A DNA stretch of 64,000 nucleotides, taken from Gracilinanus agilis. Its lineage: Eukaryota. This document shows positions 1-12,360 of this stretch, piece by piece. Made by a program: the position numbers and the translations under genes. The stretch's first letter is position 1, and every line of letters starts with the position of its first letter. Below the pieces are notes generated by a model that saw only the letters and a program-made list of their open reading frames with translations, had not been told where the DNA came from and did no database searches. The stretch is from positions 479,957,186-480,021,185 of the forward strand of contig NC_058131.1 of assembly GCF_016433145.1 (NCBI RefSeq), given 5' to 3'.

Positions 1-106
1 AAAATTTTTAAATTCTGGCCCATCATTTAAGAGGCAAAGGACCACAAACAGAATTATATGGCAAGTGGAGATAATGTAGTAAGTTTGCTTTTATTAGGTG
101 CAAGTC

Positions 107-371
107 TCTCATGCCTGGAATGCTCTCCTTCCTGATCTGGACCTCTAGCTTCCCTAAAGTCCCACATAAAATCCTGCTTTTTACAGGAAGCTTTTCCTAA
201 TCCCTCTCAATTCTAGTGCCTTCTCTCTGCTAATTACAGTGTCTTAATTAATCCTGTATGTCTCTTGTTTGTAAATAGCTGTTTACAGGTTATCTCCCCA
301 TTGGACTGTGAGTGGCTTCACACAAGACCTGGCACATAGTAGACTAGCTTAATACATGTTTCTTAATTGAC
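107..371 (+). mobile_element. L2 LINE 3' end, degraded
   Basis: Typical L2 tail: tctcccca ttggactgtgag ... cctggcacatagtag ... cttaatacatgtt. Confidence 0.6.
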
Positions 372-2643
372 ACAAGTGGCAAGTGGGAGAAGTGAAAACA
401 GCTATTGCTGTATCTGTTCTTTCTAGAACATGTTTAGTTTAATGGTAATAATTCACATTCATTGTAGCACTTTTTAGGTATTTTAAAATCTTATCTTACA
501 ATAATCCTGAGAGGCAAGTTGGTACAGATTTTATTATCTCCCTTTTGCAGATGAAGAAAATTCTTGAGAGGTTAATAGTAAATGGGTAATGTAGGATTAG
601 AATTAGTTTGCTATGATTTTGATGGTACTTATTTTCTGTACTAAATGTGTTACCACACCCATTAGAGCATTGGAAAGTCTTGACTTGATTATGGTAGTTT
701 TTTAGTTTGTGACCTACCAAATATTAATGGCATGACTAGAGATTGTGATGTGCCTAAGACAATTCAGGTTTCAGCATGGAAGCACTTTGGGTGCTGGTGG
801 TCACTATTCCTAGTAACTCTTCTTTAAACAAAAATTCTTTCTGGGTCATCCAGAACTGTTTTTTAAATGAGCAGTTCCTGGACTGCACAGTTAGTGGGCT
901 GTTATTTGTAGGTTGGGAAATCTTTGTCATGCAGACATTTTAGTTGTAAAAGACTTTGACCTAAAGATTCAAAGGGTATCCCTTGCTAGGCAAGAACATG
1001 AACCTTTATAGAAGACTCAATAGAGAAGAGGAGAAATCTTAGTGTTTTGTTTGTGCTTCTGTTGTAGGCATTGATCATTTATTTGTTTTAATAAGAGGTC
1101 TTTTTGTCTTTAGTCATTGGTGTCTATTAGGGGTTGCTAACATGTTTGACATTCTCTGTGTAGTTAGCATTTTATGCGTCTTTCATTTTTGTGCCAGGAG
1201 ACCCATACTTTGTCAATGTTTTTACCTCTTGATTTTTTTAAAAATAAATTTTTATTACTGTCCTCTGCTTCTTACAACATCATAGTTATCGCAAGTATCC
1301 CAAATCCCAGCCTTTCCTCATAACAAATAGTATTTTTAGAGAAGAAGCACCTGTTGATGTTTGAAAATCAAGGCCAGGGTCTGTCTTAGGCTAACATAAT
1401 TATCTTTCACAAAAGGAATTATTATGAGGACTCTTAATCTATTAAATTTCTAATTTTTTCCCCTCTAGATCTTAACATTAGTTTCTATGTCAGGTTTTTA
1501 GCTAGACAATATAAAATCATTCTTGCCTGTTCTTGCTAATGGAGGGAAGCAGTTACATAAATAATCCAAAAACCAATAGATTATTTAAAGCTAGTTATAT
1601 TTGGCTTGGGGAATACATTATTTGATTTTCTTTTCCTAAAGCGGCAGACTTCTCTTCCTAATTATGTTTTTTTTTTCTTAGCCTAATAATAAAGTTACTT
1701 CATATTCTTTGCATATACTGGCTAATGGGAAGAGGTGGTCCAGAATATTACTAATTGGCGAGGAGAAGGTAGTTTGAGATTTTAAAAGAAAAATTGGCCA
1801 AGGAGATAATCTATAAAAATATAGCTAGAAATTGACTTTGTTCTTTATGTAACATTAAAATATTGGCTAAATTCTTTATGGGTTGTATGTTTTCTCTTTT
1901 CTCAGAAGAATTCACTTCTAATTTCTGCTAAAATTATGATACCAGGTTTTATTGTCTGCCTGTGTCCCTAAAACAAGTTCTTTACTCATTTCACCTATTG
2001 GGGTAGTTAGCTTGGGTTTTAATGTTACCCTCAAGGGCCTTTATTTAATCAGTACTGGCCTTTTAATCAGCCACGGTCTGTTTCTGGGACCTTCATGGTG
2101 AATTGGTAATTGAATGGATCCATTGAAATTATGAGGCAAAGCTGGGTCTGTAACAGTCCGAAGATTTAAAATGGTACCCAGTTGCTATTCTGACACTTTC
2201 ATTTGAGAAGCAATTGTTTAAATAATTTTGCTTCTTGTTCCAGTATGCCATTGGTGTTAGTTCTGCTAAGAATTATTGTCTTTTAACACACTAAGGTTCT
2301 CAGCTCTACTCCATTAAGGACCACTTTTCTGCCAATCAAAAGACAGCATTCCTGAGATTGATTTTTGTTCAAATGAGTAGTAATACCTGCCTCATGACAA
2401 CATTTCAAACTCTTTTATGTAAACAGAAAGCAATCAATGAGTACTAATCCTGGGGATTATGTGGCTCTAAAGCCAGTGGCCAGAGGAAGGATCTCAGCAG
2501 TGTATTTCCCTGGTTCCTGGCCTTCCAGTGGCAAACAAGCCTGCTCCTGTTTCTGAAAGCTTTCTTGCTGCTGCTGCCTTTCCTGATGCTCCTGAATGGA
2601 ATTCAAAAAGACACTTAAATTTCCATAAATAAATTAGGAATTC

Positions 2644-2886
2644 NNNNNNNNNNNNNNNNNNNNNNNNNNNNNNNNNNNNNNNNNNNNNNNNNNNNNNNNN
2701 NNNNNNNNNNNNNNNNNNNNNNNNNNNNNNNNNNNNNNNNNNNNNNNNNNNNNNNNNNNNNNNNNNNNNNNNNNNNNNNNNNNNNNNNNNNNNNNNNNNN
2801 NNNNNNNNNNNNNNNNNNNNNNNNNNNNNNNNNNNNNNNNNNNNNNNNNNNNNNNNNNNNNNNNNNNNNNNNNNNNNNNNNNNNNN
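2644..2886. other. Assembly gap (N run)
   Basis: Run of N. Confidence 0.99.
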
Positions 2887-3789
2887 TGGATGAAAGGGGG
2901 GATGGGGTGAGCTGATCCTCTCTTCTCTGCCCCTTAATTCTCCCCTCCCCTCTTCCTCAGAGACCATTCTAGTGAAGATAGATGCTAAATCCATTAAATA
3001 AAGATTAGACTCTGTCGTAGTAGAAAATGGCAGCTTAGCTAGATCCCTGGGCAAATTGGGACCTGTCGCAATACAGAAAATTAAAATATACATTTTTAAC
3101 AAGGGTGCTCTCTCCCTGGCAATAATGCCTGGCCAGCTTGTAGGATTTGCTTTTCCTTCAGACCTGCTTTGTTAGGGTGGATCACTTTCCCTTATTAATA
3201 CCAGTCTTCCCTGTATTCCTAGAGCAGACAGGGTAGTTTTATTTATTTATTTTTAAAGCTTCTATCCAGGCCTTTTCTCTAGCATCAAGCTTACCTCTAA
3301 TCACAGGAATGGGAAGGAGATTAGTTTCCTATGAATTGAAGGTAGATAAATGTTCCTTCCTCTTAAGTGGTGAGTCCAGGAGAGCCCCATCACTTGTATT
3401 TCATGGGTGATTGGAAGTTGTACAGGGGGGACAAGAGTAAGGATTAAAAACGGAAATAAACATTGATGTATTAGATACACTTTTACTTGGTTTTATTTCT
3501 TTCAGATATAGCTATTAATTTTCTACTTCATCCCTCTGTTTTAAACCAGGCAATTCATAGTAATATAGAAAAAGAAGAATTGGCCTCGTATGATTGCAGG
3601 TACCTTTAGGGGCAATAATCAGAAGGAGACATCAAATATTATTGCTGTTCATGTGAATACCCAATAGCCATAATGATAGATTAGCCCTTGTTTTATATCA
3701 ATCTACAGGGTTCTAGTGCTCTTTTCTTTGGCTTTCTCTTCAACTTCCAGGGAGACTCATTAACTCACTGCAAAATGAAGAGTTGTACT

Positions 3790-3985
3790 AAAGGAGGCAT
3801 TAGGGTAGGGGGAGAAACCCTGAAGTCACAGGTTCTGGGTTGAATCTAAAATTTGCCATATCTTATTTGTATGGCCCTGGGCAAGTCATGTCACCCATCT
3901 GGGCCTCAGTTTCCTCATATGTAAAAAATGGGCAAAGATTAATTGACCTCTGATGTCCCTTCTGGCTCTAAATCTATATACTATG
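3790..3985 (+). mobile_element. MIR/MIR3 SINE
   Basis: CORE motif ccctgggcaagtca...tctgggcctcagtttcctcatatgtaaaa, with MIR3-type tail gacctctgatgtcccttctggctctaaatct. Confidence 0.7.
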
Positions 3986-4334
3986 ACTAGGTCTATAAGG
4001 CTATTTCCAGCTCTGAAATTCTTTAATTCTATTTCTTGAATACCTACTTTGTGCTCAACATGGTCCTATACTATGGTAGTATAACTCAAAGAGATGTCCC
4101 CAGCCAAAAGAAACTTACCGACTTGGTAGCAAAGACAAATTAACACCATAAAACAAGAAGCCACAGTAAAATAGCTGAAGGCATGGAGATGGAATTGAAC
4201 ATGGCAAATTCTTTGACAGTCAGGGGACCTCCTTACCTAGAGGAGGACCTTAGGCTTCATTGTCCTCCTATGGTGAGGTATTAGGAATAAATTATTATTA
4301 GGAATTATTAATATTAGGAAATAGAGTTGAATAA

Positions 4335-5185
4335 ATAGGGGCAGCTTTTGAAGGCCCTTGAGGGCCATATACAAAAGTTTAAATTTAATGCATTTGAAAA
4401 CAGTTTGCTGTTGAATATTTTAAAAGAGACCAGTGGCATGTTGAAGGTAGTGTTTAAGGAAGGTAGTCTGGCAGCAGTACATAGGATAGATTACATAGAG
4501 TGGATCTAGACTCTAGGAATCTTTTATAGTAATCTAGAATAGAAATCATATCAGCTAGGTTGGTACCATGGGGAGAATGGGATGAATATGAGAGATTTTG
4601 AGAAAGAATTGGTTGGATTTGGTGACTTGCTAGATATAGTAGATAAAATTAGCTTTGCTTTTTCTATCACTAAGATTTCAAACCAGAATAATTCAGAGAG
4701 TGGTGCTATCATTGAGAAGAAAGTTGGATGGTTGATGGTTTTGGTTCCAAGTCTATAATACAAAAGTGTCTCTTTAAAAGCAGTGAAGTTTGTGCTTAGG
4801 AAATCCACAGCTAGCCTTACCTTTGGTGACTGGAAGATAATAGATCACTTTTGGGTTTATGAGTTGGTAAATAAGAGTCCTTTTACAAAAATGAAACCTA
4901 CTCTAAAGCTATTCAGTCAACCAGTAAACATTTGTTAAGTGACCACTGTGCTAAAGGCTGAGGATGCAAAAGGAGACAAAAGATAGTCTCTTCCCTCATG
5001 GAATTTACAATCTAGTGGAAGAGATAACATGCAAACAAATATATACAAACAAGCTATACAAACAGGATAAATATAAACATATATGTTAACATAAATAACA
5101 AACAGGATAAATATTATATAATTAACAGAAGGAAGGCACTAGAATTAAGAGAGGTTAGGAAAGATTTCCTGTAAAAGATATTTTC
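4335..5185 (-). mobile_element. L2 fragments (including a 3' end at about 4910-5185)
   Basis: Antisense L2 tail cagtcaaccagtaaacatttgttaagtgaccactgtgctaaagg...ccctcatggaatttacaatctag. Confidence 0.6.
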
Positions 5186-6405
5186 CCAGAAGGAACAATT
5201 CAAATATCATGGAGCCACAATCAAGATTATACAAAGATCTGGCAGCTTCTATGTTAAAGACCATAAGACATGGAATACGTTATTTAAAAGGCAGAGGATC
5301 TAGACCTACAACTAAGACAGCAAAACTGAATGTTATCCTCCAGGGGGAAAAAGTGATATTTTATAAAATAGATTCCCAGGTACTATTGACAAAAACAAAA
5401 CCAAAACAACCAGAAATAAAAAAGAAAAGTCAATGAGAAAATTCAGTACTCAAGAAAAGCTATAAAAAGATAAAGATAAAAGCAAAAACAGAAGGTTTTC
5501 AATAAGATTGAATTGAGTACCTTCATTCCTGGAAAGGTGACAATTGAGATACTTAAATACTTGAAATAGTGGTACTTAAAGTATTCAAGAAACTTCAAGT
5601 TCTCAAGATACTTAAGAACTTTATCACTATTAGGACAGTAAGAAGGAATAGACATACAAAAAAAGAAGGGAGTAAGCAGAATAGGATGGGATCGTATCCA
5701 AACAAAAAAAACAAGGGATGGGAAAGAGGAGCACATGGGGAGAAGAGAAAAGGAGAGCTAGAAGGGGGTAATTATTTCATGTGAAGAGGCACCTAAAAGT
5801 CAATATAGTGAAGGAGAAGATAGATGATGCTGTAGACAATGCTTGAACCTTACTCTCATTGGAATTAGCTCAAAGTGGGAATACTCATATTCACCAGTTA
5901 TAGAAACATACCTTAGCCTATAAGGAAGTAGGAGGAAATGAGGAATGAGGGGAGTGGTGGAGTGGAGATGGAAAAAAAGGAGGGCAAATTGGAGGATGTG
6001 GTGGTCAGAAACAAAACATTTTGAACAGGGAAAGGCCAAAGGGAGAGAGAGAAGGGTAAACAGGAGGAAAATAAGATGGAGGAAAACATATAACTGTGAA
6101 TGTGAGAGGGATGAACTCACCCATAAAATGGAAAAGAATAGCAAAGTGAATTAAAAAACAAAATCCCACAATATGCTGTCTACAAGAAATATATTTGAAG
6201 CAAGGAGAAACACAAGAGTTTAAGTAAGGGGCTGGAGCTCTATTATGCTTTGGCTAAAGTAAAAAAAAAGCAGGGATAGAAATCATGATCTCAGACAAAG
6301 CAAAAATAAAAATTGATCTACTCAAAAGATATAAGGAAGGAAATTACATCTTGATAAAAGGCACTCTAGACAGTGAAACTATCAATATTAAATATATGCA
6401 CCAAA
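5186..6405 (+). mobile_element. L1 internal fragment (end of ORF1, inter-ORF spacer, start of ORF2 endonuclease)
   Basis: ORF1-like gatctggcagcttctatgttaaag; EN-like atctcagacaaagcaaaa...gaaggaaattacatcttgataaaaggc; parallels the L1 at 60500-61700. Confidence 0.8.
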
Positions 6406-6409
6406 AAAT

Positions 6410-8760
6410 GAGATTTCAGTTGGAACCTTAAAAAAGCCAGGAAAGTCAGAAGGTGAAGTTGAAGAGGGAAAGCATTCCAAGTGTGGAGGATAGCCAGAGA
6501 AAATTCCCAGAGCCAAGAGATGGAGTGTCTTGTTTGTGGAACAGCTAGCGGGCTGTATCAATGGATCTAAGAGTATGTGGCAAAGAGTCAAGTGTAAGAG
6601 GACTAGAAAATAGAAGGGGGATAGGTCATAAAGGGCTAATGCCAAATAGAGCATTTTGTACTTGCTCTTAGAGGCAATAGGGACCCACTAGAATTTATTA
6701 AATTTAGAAGCATGACATAGATGGACTTGTGTTTTAGGAAAATAACTTCAGTGGTTGAATGGAAGATGGATTGGAATATGGAGAGACTTGTGTCAGGCAG
6801 ACCCACAAGCAAACTATTATACCAGTGCAGGTATGAGGTGATAAGGGTCTGCTTTAGTGTTGGTAGTATCAGAGGAGAGAAGGTGGATGGATATTCAAGA
6901 AATGTTAGCAAAGGTGAAATCTGCAGGCCTTGGCAACAGATTAGATGGTGAGAATCCAGGATGACTTTTAGGTTTCAGCCCTGGGGCACTGGGAGGATGG
7001 TGTTGCCCTCTAAAATAATAGGGAATGGAGGAGGGTGGGGAGGGTTTAGGAGGAAAAATAATGAGTTCAGTTTGGGATTGAGTTTTAGGATATTTATTGG
7101 ACATCCAATTTGAGATGTGTGAAGGACAGTTGGAGATATGAGATTGAGGGTCAGCAGAGAGACTGGAGCAGGTTGATTCGAGGATCATTTGTATAGAGGA
7201 TGGTAATTAAATCAATGGGAGTAGATGAGATCACCTGTTGAAGTGACATAGAGGAAGAAGAAAAGAAGCCCCAGTTAGAGACCTAGAAGGCGTGATCTAG
7301 ATTGGGATCCAGAAAATAAGACTGAGAAGAGGCTGTCAGACAGGTAGGAAAGGAGCCAGGAGAGAGTGGCATCCTGAAAACCTAGAGAGAAGAGTATTAA
7401 AGAGGAGAAGTAATTAGCACTGGTTTAGACTGCAGAGAAATAAAAAAGAATAAAGACTAAGAAAAGACCATTGGATTTGACAACGAAGAGATCACTGTTA
7501 ACTTTGGAGAGAGCATTTTCAGTGGAATAATAAAGTCAGGAACTGGATTGTAAAGGGTTGAGAAGAGAGAAAGTGGAGTCACCTATTGTTTAGATGACCT
7601 TTTTGAGTATAGCTAGAAAATGTAGGATAGTAAATGAGAGAGGGAATGGATGGATCAAGTGAAAAAAATTTTTTAATTGTAATTTTTTCAATTCCAAATA
7701 TTCTCCTTTATCCATTGAGAAGGCAAAAAATATGGCACTCATTATTAAATGAGGATTTTTTGAGAATGAGGGAGACATAGGCATGTTTGCAGGCAGTAGA
7801 AGAGTCAGTAGAAAAGAAGAGATTGAAGATTCATGAAGGAGTGGGTAATGAAGGGAGCAATCTGCTGGCAGAGATGGGATAGGATGGGGTCTCTTGAACA
7901 AGTAGAGAGGTTAGCTTTGATAAAGAATAAGGACATTTCATCATGTGAAATGGGTGAAGGAGGAAAAAGTGGCACAAGACATCTGAATGATAAATGAAGA
8001 AGAGGAAGAAAAAAAAAGGGAAATCCTGGGGAATGGCCTCAACTTTTTCAGTAAAATATGAAGTAAGGAACTTAGCTGAGAGAATGTGGGAGGGAGATTA
8101 TGAGATGTTTGAGGAGGGAGGTTTGGAAGAGCCACTGTGGAGAGTGGAATAGTGAGTTGATAAAGCATGGTAAGATTGCCTATGAGCAGGGAGGAACCAA
8201 TTGAGTTTATATAATATAAATTTGTAGTGGACTTAGTCAGAATGGTTGTGTAATTTTCTCCCCTTTGTTCTGCAGTATATGTAGGAGCAAAAGCAGCAAA
8301 TGGTGAGAATAATCCAAGACTTTGACTTGGCAGAATATAATCAGTGATACAATTAGGGGGCTAGGGATCCAAAAGAGGACAGTATAGAGTTGAATTGGTT
8401 CAAGATGAGGAAAGGTAAAGAAAATGGCTAGTGAAGGGGAGATGGCCTGGGAGAGAATTGAGGGGTCAAGGGATTCGATGTTATAGTGTGGACAAAAAGT
8501 AAAGAGTTTTGTAAGGGAAGGGGGAGGGGGAAAGAGACAGATGATAAGCCAATTGGCCAGATAAGAGGATTTTGGAATTCTTGAATGTAGTACATTTGTG
8601 GGAGATGGCAAGATCATGATCATATTTATTTGGGTTGGGGGAAAAGGTAAGTTGAAGAACTGAGTGGATAGGATATTTGAGGGAGAGAGTCATTAAGTTT
8701 GTTGAAGTCCCTTAGCATGAGGGCAGGAGTTGGGAATTAGAGAAAAATTGTGAACCAGAT
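6410..8760 (-). mobile_element. Long L2 relic (ORF2 region and 3' part), continuing the 4910-5185 piece
   Basis: L2 motifs cttgctcttagaggcaatagggacccactag, ttagtttt/ggacatccaatttgagatg, gatgagatcacc; purine-rich antisense L2 composition. Confidence 0.75.
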
Positions 8761-8914
8761 ACTTAACTCATTAAGGGAGGAAGAAAGGAGAGGGAACTTA
8801 GGGACTATATTCACCTCACATCTTGTGCTTTCCTATTTAAAGATGACATCCAATACTTTGTGCAGTTGATATCAAAGAATCAAATTGATTCCTTTTATAA
8901 CCTTTCCAGTTGCA

Positions 8915-9265
8915 GGGTCAGAGGATCATAGAAAATAGAGGGAATCTTGGGGGTTATCTCACCTGATCCTTTCACTTTTTAGAAGCAGAATCAGAGACAA
9001 TTGAGATGAAGTGTCTGGAGTCAGTGACACAGTCCAGCACCCTTCCCACTCATGTGTTTTGTAGCCAAAATTCATAAAGAATCATAGTTCTAGACTTGGA
9101 AGAAGCCTCCAAGATGCACATAACCCAGTTCCTTCATTTTGCAATTGAGGAAATTGAGGGCCCAGGGAAATAAAATTACTTTCCCAAGTACATATGGGTC
9201 AGAAATGGAATTTGAACTCAAATTCTCTTATTCCAAAACCATTATTCTTTCCATTGTACCACTTT
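8915..9265 (-). mobile_element. Two MIR fragments
   Basis: aatcatag...ctagacttggaag...cattttgcaattgaggaaattgagg...ggaatttgaactc. Confidence 0.6.
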
Positions 9266-9374
9266 AGATGTACTTGAATCCCTTTAACTCTTTATTGGAT
9301 CTGTTGATAAAGCTATTCTCTAGAGCAATGCAGGTCACAATTTTTGTCCATGACTTTTCCAGCTTCCTTTAAAA

Positions 9375-9670
9375 ATGATCTCATAAAGAACTGTCGGAGT
9401 TGGAATGCAAATCAAAGCATGATTTTTCACTTTAGTTTATTTGGGTTTTTATTTTGAATTTTGGGTTTTATATGATTGTTCTCTTACAAAAATGAACTAT
9501 ATGGAAATGTTTTCCATGATAATACATGTATAACCCTTATCAAATTGCTTGCTAGCTCCAGGAGGGGGCAGGAAAGGGAGAGGGAGACAATTTAGATCAT
9601 ATAACTTTGGAAAACATATGTGGAGATTTGTTATTACATGTAATTGGCAAGATAAAATATCTTTATAATA
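9375..9670 (+). mobile_element. Marsupial L1 3' end
   Basis: atatggaaatgttttccatgataatacatgtataaccc...ggagggggcaggaaagggg...gttattacatgtaattgg; same motif at 18720-18900, 31770-31870 and 36760-36890. Confidence 0.75.
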
Positions 9671-9683
9671 AGAACAATCTCAT

Positions 9684-9768
9684 GGGTGCATCTAGGTGGT
9701 ACAGTAGATAGAGTGCTGGAACTGGAGACTCATCTTCCTGAGTTCAAATCTCACTTTAGACACTTTGT
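9684..9768 (+). mobile_element. MAR1-like SINE 5' fragment
   Basis: ctaggtggtacagtagatagagtgctggaactggag actcatcttcctgagttcaaatc. Confidence 0.65.
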
Positions 9769-9769
9769 G

Positions 9770-10188
9770 GTTTCCTTCCTTCCTTCCTTCCTTCCTTCCT
9801 TCCTTCCTTCCTTCCTTCCTTCCTTCCTTCCTTCCTTCCTTCCTTNNNNNNNNNNNNNNNNNNNNNNNNNNNNNNNNNNNNNNNNNNNNNNNNNNNNNNN
9901 NNNNNNNNNNNNNNNNNNNNNNNNNNNNNNNNNNNNNNNNNNNNNNNNNNNNNNNNNNNNNNNNNNNNNNNNNNNNNNNNNNNNNNNNNNNNNNNNNNNN
10001 NNNNNNNNNNNNNNNNNNNNNNNNNNNNNNNNNNNNNNNNNNNNNNNNNNNNNNNNNNNNNNNNNNNNNNNNNNNNNNNNNNNNNNNNNNNNNNNNNNNN
10101 NNNNNNNNNNNNNNNNNNNNNNNNNNNNNNNNNNNNNNNNNNNNNNNNNNNNNCTCCCTCCCTCCCTCCCTCCCTCCCTCCCTCCCTC
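9770..10188. repeat. (TTCC)n and (CTCC)n microsatellite flanking the gap at 9846-10153
   Basis: Direct reading: perfect TTCC run before the Ns, CTCC run after. Confidence 0.95.
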
Positions 10189-10189
10189 C

Positions 10190-10325
10190 AGAAAGGACTA
10201 GGCATTTGGGGTTAAGTATCTTGCCCAATGTTACATAGCTAGGAAGTTTCTGACATCAGATTTGAATGTAGGACCTCCTGTCTCCAAGCCTGGTTCTCTT
10301 TTCACTGAGCCACCTAGCTGCCCCT
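10190..10325 (-). mobile_element. Marsupial tRNA-derived SINE (SINE1_Mdo-like)
   Basis: Antisense head ...cactgagccacctagctgcccc; cttgcccaatgttacatagctaggaag. Confidence 0.8.
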
Positions 10326-10477
10326 GCTACTTTTCTTTCCTAATCAGGTACATTTAATGTCCTGAATGCCACTTTTCAAATACAAGTGAGTCATCATTGG
10401 TAATATGCTGCGGCCTATTTAACAAATTCGATTCAGCAAATAATTACGAAGCACTTATTATATTCAAGTTGGCTTAT

Positions 10478-10965
10478 ATGGGATGTCCTTTTAAGGGCTG
10501 CTCATCCACCTTTGTGTCCACCTTTTCACTTGTGGCTCCAAGAAGTTGTAGCATGTGAAGGAGTCACACCCTAGTAAAACCATCTCAGCTGATGGGCTAA
10601 ACTAGGTTGAAGATAACAGTAGACCTCAAGCCCTTCATTGAGTTAAGGGAGTATCCTCCCCAGGCACACAAAAACTTACTTTGGTGAAATGGGTGGAGTA
10701 GAACTGTTTCTTCCAACAGCCATGAAGGCAGCAGAAGTAGACATCATGGAGCACGTAGAGCTTGATCAGACATTGAAGATGCCAAGATCACCCCCTGCAT
10801 TCCAGACCACAGTCAGTTATCCTGACTTATCCTGCTGCTATAATTCAGTGACTAGGAGAGAGAATGAGGTTGATGATTTTGTGCACTCTTCCTCACTTAA
10901 ATCCAACTCATGAGCAAGTCAAGATATTGTCACTGGTCCTCTGAAAACAAAGGACAAACAAAGGA
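10478..10965 (+). mobile_element. RTE-related marsupial SINE (WALLSI-type)
   Basis: gctccaagaagttgtagcatg...gtaaaaccatctcagctgatgggctaaac, with RTE-type 3' end cctcacttaaatccaactcatgagcaagtcaaga...aaaggacaaaca. Confidence 0.55.
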
Positions 10966-11848
10966 CAAAAGAATATTATATTTAAGGCATTGTACTGGAG
11001 CTACAAAAATGAAAAACAACATTCCTTTTGATCTCAAGGATCAAAGGTGGGGGGTGGAGAACAACATATTATATACATGTCAGTATAATTCAAGGTAAAA
11101 TATGATAGGAATGAAGGAAATAGTAAGACAGCATGGTCTGAGAAAGTTTGAGGAGGGAGGGACCACTGTTAATTGGGAACAATAAGGAAGACTTCCTGGT
11201 GGAGGAGGCACCTGAGCTGGGTTCTTGAAAGAAAAGGACGATATTAGTAGGTAGAGATGAGAAGGAAATTATGTTCTAATCATAGAAACAGCCTCTATGA
11301 ATACATAAAAGTAAGAGAGGTGATTTTGTAGTTTCATTTGGCTGAAACTAGAGAGTGTAAAGGTTAAGATCCTATGCCACTATCACCACCAGAGAGAGGC
11401 CCATCCTCCTTTATTTTCCTTTTCCTCTTTTCTCCTGTCCCCAGGCTTCTCAGACCCCATCTGGTGTATTTGACTGCTCACAACCTTTAGATGAGATAAG
11501 AGTTAGCTCTGTTCTTTCTGATGAAATGGAAGACCACTGAGCTTTTCCTTCTGGGCTGCCACAGTGTCCCTAAGGTCATTCAGCTTTACCATCTGTCTAA
11601 TTTTAATGCCACAAGACTCCCAAGCACTTTCACCCATCTACTAAGGTAACCTCTGGACCCCTGCTCCTTGCTAAAAGCTTGGCTTCTGCACCATTAGCAT
11701 TTCCAGGCTTTTCCATCCATCCTGTAGCTGTACTTTCTTTTGTGTTGTCTTCCCCAATTAGAGTGTAAGCTCCTTGAGATGAGAGCGGGGACTGTCTCAC
11801 TTTTTCTGTTTGTAATCTCCAGCATTTTGCACAATGCTTGGCATATAC

Positions 11849-12360
11849 TGAAGGAGTTAAAGGGGACTGTAGCAGCAAATGGTGGTGAAAACTGAGTGAA
11901 CCATATTGACTCCATCTTGTGATTCAGTTCTGGAGCTAATAACTCAGTTACCTTTCTATTCAGTTACAGATCTAGGCCCATGTTGGTGGCGCCCGCTCCA
12001 CCACCATGTGCACCTGAGGACATTTCTCACATGACCTGCCCCTCTGCCCAGTAGCCCAATGGGAGTGTTTCCTCCCCTGTCTGGGTTAAGGCGGGGGGCT
12101 CACATACTTGGGGCTCACATGTGGCTTGAGAGTTGAAATTTGGGCACTTGGTCTCTTTAGGTCTAAAAAGTTCACCGTCACAGATCCAGGCCAATTTCTG
12201 TCTCGTAATAAAACTTTATTCAATTGTGGGAATTGTGTAGGGAGTTTATTGTATTGTTTAAATCTAGCCCTGCTGCTTAGAGGGACCCTTACCCAAGGAT
12301 CTAGGTTTTGCTGACCCAGTCAGAGCTTAAGATTGATTCAGAGAATTTTCTGACAATTAT
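11849..12360 (+). mobile_element. Solo LTR (ERV1-type), interrupting an L2 3' end
   Basis: Begins tgaaggagttaa just after the L2 tail gcttggcatatac; contains gactccatcttg, a CCAAT box, a GC box (ggcgggg) and AATAAA; right boundary and TSD not clean. Confidence 0.6.

Noticed and set aside
2494-3102. Long ORFs crossing N runs (also 9686-10238, 32730-33069, 59530-60045)
   Set aside because: Artefacts of translating Ns and flanking microsatellites or G-runs.
3550-3599. Exon-like segment reading AIHSNIEKEELASYDC in one frame
   Set aside because: Weak donor (gtacct), no match to LIN52 or any protein I recognise, and it stops immediately in the LIN52 phase.
11989-11997. tggcgcccg, resembling a tRNA-Lys PBS
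   Set aside because: Only 9 nt match, and it lies inside an LTR rather than just after one.
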